Source: Macrostomum lignano (Eukaryota). Taken from it: 64,000 nucleotides of DNA. The DNA is taken from positions 1 to 64,000 of the forward strand of contig NIVC01003133.1 in the NCBI GenBank assembly GCA_002269645.1, read 5' to 3'. The notes beneath the pieces were generated by a model. That model ran no database searches, was not told the DNA's origin, and was given only the letters and a program-made list of their open reading frames with translations. Made by a program: the position numbers and the translations under genes. Shown here in pieces: positions 23,301 to 34,455 of the stretch (position 1 is the stretch's first letter; every line of letters starts with the position of its first letter).

Positions 23301-26300
23301 CTCGAATTGCTTCACGCGGTGAGGCGATATTGGCGAATGACTCAGCAAGCATCGGTTTCAGCTGGTCACCGCCCGGCGTTTGGGATGTTCGAACTGGCGC
23401 TCCAACGATCGGCGCCGCATCGAACCTGTCGGGCGTACTAACCCTGGCCGAGGTGACAATCAAGGCGCACCTGTTGCTAGACGGGGATCGCAACGCTTTG
23501 AGTTTGTTTCAGGAGCTTCTGTCGGGTCGCTTACGCCTCGATGCTTGGCTGAACTGCCAGTCCGGGGTTGAAGAAGATGAGTGCGGCTTCAACCTTACCG
23601 TCTGTCGACTGGTAGAGACTCTCCTACTCAGCATGGGCCAGTCCCGGGATCCCTTTGTGCAGCGGGATCTGGCCTACCAGTTGGGGGATCTCTGCCTGTC
23701 AGCCGTGCAGCTCGGCAAGTTCAACTTGTGGCCAGATCAGCTGGTGCTCCGACGATCCGCTGCTCGGCACAGCTTTCAGCTGATGGAAGCGGCTGCGAAC
23801 GTGCGCTACTCCGCTCGGCCGGAACCGGTTTTGGCCGGCCTGCTGCTCTGGAGTCGACGGCGTCGGATGCGCCACCTGCGGCTGCTCAGCCTGACTCTCC
23901 GCTCCATCGCTCGACTGATGCGAGGATCGAACGGCTACGAGGGACTCCGTCGGGTGGCGGCTGCTGGCAGCCCAAAATCCAGTCTGCTTCACTCGGACAA
24001 CCGTCAGCCAAGCTACCTGCTCGGCCAGACACTAAAGTACATCTACATGGCGTTCAAGCCCAATCGGTTGAACTTAGTCAGCGGCGAGTGGGTGTTCAAC
24101 ACGGCGGGTCAGCTGCTGCCGGTGTGCAGCGGGCGACAGTTTGGTGAGCTCAGGCAGCTGGTGCTGAACAACTGGATCGAGGTGCGTCGCCAGCTGGAAG
24201 TTCTGGCGCTGGTGCGGCTGAATCGGCGCCGCAAAGGGTTCGGCATCGACTTGGACGAGTTGAGGGGCGCTGGTAGCGTTAGGTCACGTGATCTGCCAGG
24301 CACTCTGCTGATTGCTGTGGCTCCTGCATTGCTGACACTTTTCGCTCGACAATTCTCGATGTAATTTAGTTGAAGCAAGACAAAATTCTTTGTATATTCA
24401 TGTTTTCTATAAACAAATTTTAAGAATCTTCGCCAATGCAAGCGCTGGCAGAAGAACTACATATCAGTTAAAACACAAAAAATGCTTCACTACTTGAAGT
24501 GGCTCTTATAATTTATTTCAGTAAGTAAACAGCTCCTTTGCAAGGTGAAAATCTCTGTTTACGAGAGAGTCTTGATGAGTAGCAAAACGTTAAATTTAAA
24601 TTTAATAAAAAACTTTGGAATATAATATCTGACTGGCCTACTTATAGTAGCGCTGATAGAATACGATGAGGGGAAATCGTGTTGCACAAAAACTGTTGCA
24701 TAGAGATCAAAGGGCATAGAGATCAGGCTGTAGCACTGCTTACCCCAGAAGCGTCGCCTTCAGCTCCATTCGTAGCAGCGTCTCCAGTCCCGTCTTCTTT
24801 AATGGCGCCCGCTGCTCCAACGCCACCGCCAGCCTGAGGATTCGGCTTGCCAGCCTGCTGCTCCACTTCCTTAGCCCAGGCGTCGCGTGGGACCCGATGA
24901 AATTCCAACGTCACGGCTTTGGTTGACGCGTCTAATTTTGGCAAGACAAGCGTTGAGCATTGGATTTGTAGTTTGGCTTTAAATCAGGGGGGTCGGCAAA
25001 CTCCGGCCCGCGAAGAAGCCTCTCTATCCGGTATTTTAAAACTTCACAATAGAAATCTGACCTGCTCAACGTTATCCGTCTCACTGACTTACTGCCAATT
25101 ATACTGTCAGTAATTTGGCTCAAAAGGGCTTGATTAGGTCTTTAAATCTGTTTCCATTAACGTACTGTGACGACGTTAATCTAATCTCATTTGTTCTAAT
25201 CCTAATTCTCGACGTCTATTAAACAAGAACAGCACAAAATCGAAATACAAACAAGAAGAGAAAAAATTACTTTGCATAGTCAGAGCCAAATACTCGCCAT
25301 CGACAGACAGGCACGCAGCCAAACAGTTGATCCGTTTGTCGCCTTCGTCTTCGTTCATTAGCCTGGCCAAGTGAAAGGCGCTTCCATCCCATAGAAACAG
25401 CCGTGCCAGGCCCAGCTCGTCTATGGTAGCCAGCAGGTGCAGGCCCGGCTTCAGCTGGGCTGTGGCCATGTAGGCCAGGTCAAGTCCAGCCGCTTCAAAA
25501 GAGCCTACTGTTGCCATGGAAACGCCGTCCAAAGCGAACAGTTGACCGCCTTCGCAAGCGCAGAATACGTACCGGCTGCCGTACTGATCCACCGGCTCCT
25601 GCTGAAGGTCCGGTTCGTCAGCCGATGGGCAGAGAAACTTGATGGCTGATCGAATGTTTGGCACTATGCGGCACAGATCGGTGGGCACCTGGGGCGGCTT
25701 GTGCCTGAAAATTGTTTTTTATTTGAATGCGAAATTACCGTAGTTTAAAATGGATGTTAAAACTCGCTAGGCCAAGACTGCTAGTCATAGCTAGTATTAA
25801 ACCACTGCGCTAATCACTTCAAGGACGACTTAAGTCAAAGAAAACATTTCTTTGCATGTCCTGAGCGAAAAAGTTTCAGCGATAGAATGGCCTTCTATTT
25901 TGGTTCCTAACCAACTATCGAGCAAAGAAGCTAATCTGTTACCAATAAAAATCAATCCAAGTTCTTATCTGTCCGTAGTGCATTTTTTGCGCAAAATCAG
26001 CCCGAATATTTTTTTGTCTTAAGAAACGAAGTTTCCCGTCGTTTTAACTGAAGTCATTCTTGGCTCAACAACACTGTGGTCCGCAATTTTAACAGTCCCT
26101 GGTAGAATCGTATACTCGCTACCTGCAAGCTGCTCCTTACCTGGCCTGCTCGTGTTCTCGTTCTTCTTCGCGAGAGAAAATTTCTTGAAAGGAGCGCTCT
26201 AGCAGAGTCTCGATGAGCTTGTCAATAAGCCGATAGGGCTGCGGCAGCGGGTCCCGGTGCTTATCCGGGTCCAGCACGAAGTCTGCATCGATATCTGGAT

Positions 26301-26361
26301 TGGGCTCGGATAGTTGCGACAGGCTCGGCGAGTCCTGACGCTTGCGCATGTAGACTGGCAT
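11332..26361 (-). CDS. WDR93: WD repeat-containing protein 93, 10 exons, ~774 aa
   Basis: Phase-consistent GT-AG model: 26361-26141, 25704-25271, 24931-24744, 19276-18996, 18917-18775, 15641-15389, 14857-14630, 14123-13773, 13462-13336, 11430-11332. Motifs DPLPQPYRLIDKL, LEFHRVPRDAW, VGSGAAHLL, RPETVWTFGSP and PEPWQ are collinear with vertebrate WDR93. The last exon is the least certain. Confidence 0.88.
14939..15297. repeat. Intronic minisatellite, 31-bp unit ATGAGTTGCACTGGTCTATGAGGAATCAGAC
   Basis: About 11.5 copies in WDR93 intron 6. Confidence 0.97.
16020..16495. repeat. Intronic G-rich minisatellite, 63-bp unit
   Basis: About 7.5 copies in WDR93 intron 5; explains ORFs 15975-16614. Confidence 0.97.
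17011..17552. repeat. Intronic minisatellite, 22-bp unit CCTGTTGTGAATTAGCACCCTA
   Basis: About 24 copies in WDR93 intron 5. Confidence 0.97.
18345..18612. repeat. Intronic minisatellite, 57-bp unit
   Basis: About 4.5 copies in WDR93 intron 5. Confidence 0.93.
20017..20655 (-). CDS. Hypothetical 212-aa protein with Arg/Ser/Gly-rich basic C-terminus, nested in WDR93 intron 3
   Basis: ATG-started single-exon ORF, GC-rich relative to its AT-rich 3' flank, not built from a tandem repeat. No family recognised. Confidence 0.5.
   Translation of the reverse strand: MVDLMSSLRRLMMVSEETRPGLLSGLAVPCLANKQQLRMQLGPPNYLAFVGIQPLRRYAIFLRQLHRDPILRWPEHTLLEDPFYLVSGRATPYGTPLNNNHKPTIRQLKRQARRPSGRKQSILSSAGGSSSSRGSASRKSSASVRASSRRSARSVSGGGGGGGSKNFAGSRRSSSAANAAEIRGSSRRRRGSRRRVTQLVVETQTSRKRRFV
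20894..20974 (+). rRNA. 28S rRNA fragment (non-functional), ending at the R2 insertion site
   Basis: 20909-20974 TGAATGTCAAAGTGAAGAAATTCAATTAAGCGCGGGTAAACGGTGAGAGTAACTATAAATCTCTTA matches the conserved 28S segment ...GGCGGGAGTAACTATGACTCTCTTA(AGG/TAGC) at 61/66 by eye. Weaker similarity extends to ~20894. Confidence 0.88.
20975..21490 (+). mobile_element. 5'-truncated R2-clade non-LTR retrotransposon 3' end
   Basis: Frame 20998-21192 (not in the ORF track) reads GLVWSWRGGCEKKTDEWLQTKMGVSAESWKLVSVRVLEGSVWCAEVCHRRTG. It resembles the SWRG and S.RVL.GS motifs ending R2 restriction-like endonuclease domains and is fused at the 28S R2 site. The 3' boundary is a guess. Confidence 0.7.
22263..24364 (+). 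CDS. GH47 (class I alpha-1,2-mannosidase-like) type II membrane protein with degenerate active site; exons 22263-22649 and 22934-24364, ~605 aa
   Basis: N-terminal TM helix; HAWRQYRRHSWGANEL, GLTIVESLATLHLMGL, RLLGGLLSA, LLVAFDTPSGLP, ARPE, QTLKYIY and VFNT motifs. Phase-0 intron CAG|GTGCGT...CGCAG|GCA. Antisense within WDR93 intron 3. Confidence 0.9.
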
Positions 26362-27182
26362 GGTTGGAGTGTAGATTTGGCTGGCTGAAAATAAAATATT
26401 TCCTCAGTTTTTAGCATAAAATTAAAACAAAAATACCAATATGAAAAATATTTACCGTCTTTTTTACTTTTTACTGCACAAAAGTCAAATCTATGCGTTT
26501 TAAGAATTCTGTTTTCAAACTTTTAAATAACTTAAAAGCCTGCTATTTAAAGATTTTTAGCACGAATTGACAAATCCAAATTTATTTTTAGCTTTAAAAA
26601 GAAATTAAATTGATTTAAATAGAATTAAATTGAAATCTGTCTCAATTAGGATCTAATTCACAATGACAGTTTCTGGTGTGTTAAAATATTAAAGCAGTTA
26701 AATATTTTAGAGAACACACGAGGACACACTATGCCTAACCATATTACAAGAAAAAAATTATTTTAAATGCGTTTAACGACAGATGTGTCCAAAGAAATCA
26801 CATGCTTATTATACATAGCTATAGTGACTTTTAAATGTGGTGGCCAAGTGCAGTGCAATGCAAATATACTGTTTATCTATTGTGGAAGTCGCAATAAAAA
26901 ATAGAACCTGTACAATAGAGTAGATTGTAGATATAAATTATAAATGATATATTTACAAACTATAGTCTATTATACGCCCATTGCGACTGCCAGTTTGCAA
27001 TGACAGTAGCGCCTTTACCAATTGTCATATTTCTGTTTTGTATTTTGTATAGATCAAAAAGTCACATTATAGATCGACATATCAATAGTCTATAAACTAT
27101 AAATAGTATGTATTTGCTATAGACTACCAAAGATACACATGGAATAAGTTGGTTGCTATATTTAGCAGCTTCAAATACTATC

Positions 27183-30100
27183 GGGTCGTTCGCAAATTCT
27201 AGGAGGAGCAAAAATTTTAACAATTTTCCGAACATTTACTATTGTTACTGCGATATTAAAAATAATAGGACACTTTTATCTGTCAATAAAGATAATTTTT
27301 GGGTTGAACTTTATCATACAAAAGTGTTTTTAATCATCTGGCGGTATTAAGCGATAATTAGCGATGAAAAAATTCAAATTCAATCATTTCACCGATGTTA
27401 ATTTTTGATACTACAAGATGTCTGTAGCTAAAAAAAGTTGTTGTTGTGTTGAAACCTTGCTATATTACATTTAAAATGAAAGCTTATATAAATTTAATTT
27501 AAGAATTTTTTAAAGCTCAATAAACTGCACTACAAATGATTTTATAGACGCTTTAACTGTACGCCTAGCATTTCCGGTGGGATAGCCTCTTTGCGTCTCA
27601 CAAAATGTATTTTTCGGCTGACGTCTAGAATGCGTGCTTAAAATGATACATTTTGATGCAGATAATTAGAAAAACATGTCTTATTATCTTTTTGTAAAAA
27701 ATTGTTATGAAATAGAGCACTATTGTTGATAAAAATAATTAAAAGCAACCATGCATCGCAATAAACTCCTACTTTGAAGCACAAAATAAATATCCTGTAA
27801 CCACACTAGCATTCTCCATGGAGCACCTTTTGAGCTGAAATTTTACAAAGATATCCAGTAAAGTAAACTGAGCAAATGATTTTTTTTGTTTTTGAAAATA
27901 CTACAATTTGGCTATGTATCAGTTAGTTCATTGGACATATTTATTATATTTTTATTAAAATCCTTGTAACCAAGCTACAGAGAAACATGTGCAAAACTGG
28001 ACCTTGAAATTTGACCTGAATGATCAGCAAATGTGTATCTCGAAATGATTTTTTTTGTTTTCATCAAGTCATTCTATGCTAATTTTTTCTGAAGGGAAAG
28101 ATACCATATATTTAGAGTCAATAGGGGAAGCATTTAAACTTATTCAATAGTCATTAAAATTGCAACTATATTACTATAATATAGTAATACTATTATACAT
28201 GTATTATATAGTAATATTAACTTCTAAGATGCCCTTATAAATTTAAGTAAAGACAACAGGCCTTAATTAATTAATCAGCATTTTGAAGAAACTGACCTTA
28301 TACAGATGGGCCCCAAGCTAAGAAATGAATGTAGAGCTTATTTCGTGTAAGGTATAAAAATCAATTTATTATAATAATAAATACTCCTAATAAATTGGTT
28401 AAATTAGTTATTTACCTTGAATTAATTTAATTTAATAATTAAATATATAAATTTGTTTCACTTCTTACTGCATTTAAATAGAGTTCCTCTCTACTATACT
28501 ATAGAAGTATAGTAAAAGTATGGTAAAAAAGTATAGTAAAAAATTTTCTTTGGTTTAATCCCAGCTTGCCTCAGTTTTTTAGTCTTAATACGAGCTAGAT
28601 AGTAAGTGTTGATTAATTTGCTCCATCACCTTTTGCCACGGAAACAGCACATGTCGGACATGCAACACTCTTCCTGATCCCTGGATCCAAGATGACTGCT
28701 TCTGCTTCTTCAATGCTTGAAAACTGAGCTCATGGAGCTTTAGGTTATGCTGTCAGAGTGCTGCTGCCGGTGCTGTGTGTGTATGTGTGTGTCTTCTGTG
28801 GGTAGGTTCCCTGTCCCTCAGTTTAGCCACTGTAGTGGGCTAACTGGAGGAATTGCCGTTGTCGGTGCTGCAGGTGGCACTGCATGGTAGTATTGACGCT
28901 GTCAGTGACGCTGGCAAAGGCTTGGACGAAGCTAGGTGCCGTCATTGTCAGAAGGACATGCGTGTGCTGCTTAGACCAGTGCGCACATTCGACTGGACTC
29001 GTATCTGGTGCAGTCTGGTGTATTCACTGAGATTGTGTGGATCTGCCTCCTCGCATCACCTCAACCAGGCTCAATTTCTTTTGTAGAATTTTCGTGCGCT
29101 GCTTAACTGCATCTTGTGCCTGCTGAGTGATACCAAGAATTGTGCCACACAATAATTTGGCCCATAAACTACTCGTATATTATACATATGAATGCACAGC
29201 ACACACACACGCAGTTCATTCATATTAAATGTACTAGTTAATGGAATTCTCATCTCATGAGCTCTAGTCTATGGACAAACCTGAAATTACTAGAATATCT
29301 AGATAGAACTAAACTTCTTTGAGCAGCGCGCTGCGCTGCGAGCAAAATACATGTAGATTCCTTATAGCGCAACTAATTACTGAAGTAAAAGTGTAGTACA
29401 GTCTACAGCCTGAAGTAGCCTGTGTAAGATGCGGAGGGATGATTTTTGCATAGGAAGCCACTAAGGTAAGGTTGATGGAACTATGGGGAGGTGAGAGATT
29501 CAAAGCGAGGGACGGAAGCCATGCATAGGTCGATCATAGGTTTTATTATTGCAAGAGTCTGGGGATGCATTAACGAGAGGCGGACGAGAGCATAGAAATA
29601 AAGCGGACTGAATATATTAATACACAAAATTACATGTACTAGCTAGTCATTTCAGAATGGTCAGCGACTCCTCCGATTTGTATCCGCGACTGCGTGCCCA
29701 CAAATCCCCCGGCAGACCCTGTCGCAGTTGGTGGTTGTGCACAGAATACAATGTTAATTTTCGAGCTTCTCTGCAAAAAATGCGTGATGCACTCAAGATG
29801 CGTGCTAAAGTCTACTTCTTTGATTGATGGCTGGGTTTTGCCTTTTCGCTTGTGATCATCAAAAGCTTGGGCGTCATTGCTACTGGTGTTTCAGTGTGCG
29901 CATTATGTCTGGTTATCATATTATGTGCATGTGCAGTGTCTTTTACCTACATTTTTGTTTGTCTCTGTTTCCTGCATGCTCTTTCGCATTTTTACACCTC
30001 GCACATCCTCATTTTTCTCAATTAACAAGTGAAATCTTTTCTTAAAGACTAATTGCTATTTTAGTTAAGCTAGTAGGTTTTTGGTAATTAAATAATTCAA

Positions 30101-30989
30101 TCTTGTCTATTTTCCAAAAAGTTTCAAAAAATGAATTAATTAAAATAAATTTGAATTATTTTAAGTTAATTGGAGTAAAATGTCTAATAAGTAACTATAA
30201 TTTTTTATTTTAAGTACATGTAGCTTGGTATAAGTATTAATGTAATAAGTACTTAAAGTAAAATCAAGCAAGTTATAGTTTTCAGAAATTATGCTACAAA
30301 AAATAAAATATATACTAGTATCCGAATTCCTTTATTAAGGAACATGCAGTTGATATTAAATCCACAATGTGCTCTTTGGTGTTCAAGGATAGTTCCCTGA
30401 CTTTTTCTATTATTAGTTAGATTTTATTATATTTAATGTAAAAATGAACAATTCTGTTCACCGTAAAAATGAACATTCTTTATTTGTCGAATCATCTTGA
30501 CTTTGAAAAGATACATAGTGAAAACTTGATTTTTAATTCAACCTTTCAAGACTTATTTAGACTTCTTAATTCAGTGATTAGTTAAACTGATCGAAGTCCT
30601 TTCGAGTGCATGCTATAATAATTTCGCACTTTTTCGCACACGATAATTTTAAATGTCTGGGATTTAGAGCAGAGTAACAAAATGCTGTGCTCAAAAACAT
30701 TTCCTTTGTCAATTTCTTGTTCTTTTATTTTTGCAAAATAAATTTAACTGCATATTTAAAATAAAAATAGAAGAAAATTTTATTTTCTCTTTAATATTTT
30801 TGTCGTTTATTTTCCGCAACAAAGAATAACAAATAGCCTTGATTTCTTCTCAATTTCAAGTTTTCTTGTGGTTTTAGTAGCAGCTTCTTACAGAAATTGT
30901 CGAAATAATTTTTTTGGTACGATTATTGGTCGATGTATAAACTTTTTTTGCAATAACAAAAAGTTGTGACCTAGCTTTGAGAACGACCC
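27183..30989 (-). mobile_element. 3.8-kb non-autonomous DNA transposon, copy 2 (inverted relative to 7394-11193)
   Basis: Colinear reverse complement of copy 1 with scattered substitutions; the same small ORFs recur. Flanks are tatc/aatc (3 of 4 match). Confidence 0.85.
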
Positions 30990-31669
30990 AATCGCATCAT
31001 CGCATGTCTTAAAAAATGTCGCGAATTAACTTAGTTGAACTAGTAAAGTGACCAAAGTAAATGTGAATTTTACGCATAGCTTTTTAAAAAAATGTCTGTA
31101 TTCAAATATAAAAACAATTTTACTGCAGAAATACAATTAATAGTACATTTTTTGCAATGTAAACCTCCAAGTTTTTTTTAACATTTTGTTTGACTGCTTT
31201 AAGTTCGCAAAAAATTTAAGCACCTTTTCAAAAGCAGCTAATTATCGTCGTAAAAGTATTTTAAATCAGAAAATGCTGCTTCGCAAGAGACAATTTTTTA
31301 TTTTAGTATAAGACGAATTAAAGAAGACAAACAATGTAAACATATATAAATTTTTGTGCTTACCTCAGCCACTTTCAGTATCCGTGAACAATTTAGGTCT
31401 ACTATGACTCCACGAGTCTGATGACAGTATTTTTTTGCTTTTAATTTTTTTATTATTACTCCTCACACTCACACAGCTACTAACTGTAACCGTCGAGAAC
31501 AGTGTTATTTTAAATTTAGTTTAATCAGGCTATAGTCAAAATTAGCCTTGAGAATGATATAGCGAAACAAACTGGAAGATCGCCTCAAAATCATGCTATG
31601 CCTATAGGTGCGACAGAAGCTATCCCATAATATTTTTTTGAAGTGTGCTCAGTGGCATAATCAGAAATT

Positions 31670-34455
31670 GGCTATCCTATCTATAGATAGAATTGTTCGA
31701 TAAATTATATTTTTCGCTTGAATTCGATTCCTTTCTATTTTTAGAGTCGAAAAATATGAGACAAGTGAATGAATGAATAGTTTAACATGTTCTGGCAGTG
31801 AAATTGTTTGTTTTATTACTTACAGTCAATTGCCACATTGCCATGCTATGCAAGTTGTAGGGCAACCTTCATGTTCATTTTTGTGTTGACTAACTCTATC
31901 TAAACTAAAGCCAGTAAAATGAATTAACCAAAATTTAAGTAAAATGAATAGAATTACTAAATGAGTTAATAGGCCTAGTTTAATATGTTCTTGTAGCAAA
32001 ATTGTTTGTTATAGTCCATCGCCACATTGCCCTGCTATGCAAGTTGTAGGACAACCTTCATATTCATGTTTGTGTTCACTAATTCTATCTAAAGCCAAAA
32101 AATATAATATATGTTGATTTTGTCTGCATGTTTTGTTTGCCACATTTTGTCTATTATGCCTAATAATATTCATAAAGAGTCATTTTGTCTTGACTGCCAT
32201 TAAAATTTTCTAATTTACAATTCAAGCTAATATATACAGTAGTAAGTTCTAGCACTCAAAACTTAAAATATAGAGCAATTTTAATCCAATATTATATTTG
32301 TTATAAATATAATTTACAATAAATTTGAAATTGAATACAAAAAATGTGGCATATGTGCACTTTTTGGCCAAGTCATATAATGCATCTAGATATTGACAAT
32401 TTGTACTGATTAAAAATTGTGGCCTTTCTTTAAGGTTACACTATATATAATTTAACTGGGTAATGTAGTAACAATCTAACTTGAAATTTTAGTCTATGTT
32501 GGCATGTTATACTCATGTGCTAACTTGGTAATATGCAGTTGATGCAGATTTGTAAGTGTTATAATTTTCAATGTTCATTAATGTAGGACTAAAAATAATT
32601 GTATTCAGTATACATATTAAATACAAAAATTGTTTTAAAGACAACTTATAATTTTTATTCAAACAAATGAAATACATATGTTTGTTTTAACTCAAAATTA
32701 AAAGTCCATTTATTGTAGACCGCCATAATTCTAGGACCTACTTCTAATTCATTTGCTAGAAACAATTGTTTTATATGCTATCAGATGAAAGAAGTCAGCA
32801 TAATAAAATCATTGCACATTGTCAGTTATACTTCTGTAGGTGGTATAAGTACAATCAAACTTGAGACCATTAGTCCTCTAGCTATCTAGAGAGTAGTAGT
32901 CCAAAATCAAAAAAACAATAGATTGACTTGAATCTTAATATTGGCAATTTGGCAGCTATTTTTTTTCATTTCAAATCTATTTCCCTTTGAAAGTTACCTT
33001 GAACTGTCTTAACCTTCTGACTATAAACATATTTTTGTGCTTTTTGAATGCCAAACTGATTATTTTAAGAATTTCTAATTGTGGTGATGGGGCTCAAGGG
33101 CTTGGTCTTTTCGTGCCCCTTTCCCAGACCCGGGTTTGCGTACTGACCTTGGCTGCAGTCCTCTACTGACACGTGTACAACGTGGTGTCTGTGAGGACTA
33201 GGCTACTCAAGCGTACAATGCACGGCAGCCTACAGACTCACATACGATGTAGAGCTGCTTAGGGTGGGACTGGCGTACAACGCACTTAATCCCCCTAAGG
33301 TGCTTAGTACAGAGGCAGACCCAAATGACTTGCAGATTGGAAGGCTTACCAGCTGCAATTTTGGTCGTACAACAAGAAACAGTGCCGTCAGAGCAGTGGT
33401 ACTTATAGTATTGATCAATATTTTTTTAATTGTATTTGTATTGCAATTAACGCTGGCACAATCACTGGGGAGCCACGACGATGATGAGAATGGGGTCTCA
33501 AGGGGGTCCGAATAAATAGACAGCAAACTGGGGGTTGAGGGTGCGGGATGAAGGCAGAAAAGGGGACTTAGACACATACATGCGCAACCTCCAAAATTTG
33601 GTCAGCCGTGCAACTTAGTTTTAACAAAAATGTGACAGTTTTTGGCCAAAAATCCAACTTACATGTAAAAAACACTATAAAGCAAAATTAATGCAACTTT
33701 GGGTTAACAGCAAAAGTAACTTTGACTGTCTTATTAAGCCAAAATGCCTCGTCAGTTACTTAGTACTACTACTTGGATGTTTTTTCGGGTGGGCATTTTG
33801 GCGACTTCCTTGGTTGGCCGCCAAATCGGTCAGCCGGATCGGCCGACTCGGCCAACTGTTACGCATGTATGCTTAGACATCAGCATAGGAAAAACATGAG
33901 CCATACTAGCCAATCGTCAGGGCGGAGCATGGCAGACTGGGACTGGCAGCCAATCACAAACAGGGGCGGGGCAGCAAAGCTAACAAAAGAATGGGGTGGG
34001 GTTGCACAGGGTGCACACAGAGCAAGGGAGGGTTTGACTAAACGGAAAAGGCCTAGGCAGGGAGGGGGGTATATACACGCAGAAGTGCAAGTGGGTGAGT
34101 CAGAAAATATCTGAGGAGGGGGGAGAGGACGGCCAACTGGCCCGGCGTAGCAACGTAGCAAAGTATGCACAGTCATAATAACACATTCATGACATAATAT
34201 ATCAGTATAAAAATTCAAATGTTGTAGAGATGTGTCTTAGTTAAAACTACCTAATCACACTAGGGCCTATTACCCAATGTTAAAGTAATACCCTGTTTTT
34301 TGTGATGTAGCAATTTATTATAGCAAACAATTTAGCTGTCAGTATATAATAAACTATTCATTAATTCACTTGTTTCAAATTTTTGCACTCTAAAAATAGA
34401 AAGGAATCAAATTCAAGTAAAAGAATAATTCAATGGATAGGTCTATAGAATAGCC
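31670..34455. mobile_element. Decayed long-TIR DNA transposon (MULE/Merlin-like), 8-bp TSD
   Basis: Diverged ~165-bp inverted repeats (31670-31830 / 34300-34455) starting GGCTAT. Perfect TSD cagaaatt at 31662-31669 and 34456-34463. Confidence 0.7.
33830..34090. promoter_or_regulatory. CCAAT/GC-box cluster inside the decayed transposon (probable transposase promoter)
   Basis: AGCCAATC twice plus GGGCGGAG and GGGGCGGGG in a GC-rich island within AT-rich DNA. Motif-only evidence. Confidence 0.3.

Noticed and set aside
7394-30989. The 23.6-kb block having already transposed as one composite unit
   Set aside because: Outer flanks (tcct vs aatc) do not match, while each copy has its own TSD.
33264-33515. 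83-aa ORF with one hydrophobic stretch
   Set aside because: It lies inside a decayed transposon, antisense to the probable relic frame, and the hydrophobicity derives from an AT-rich run.
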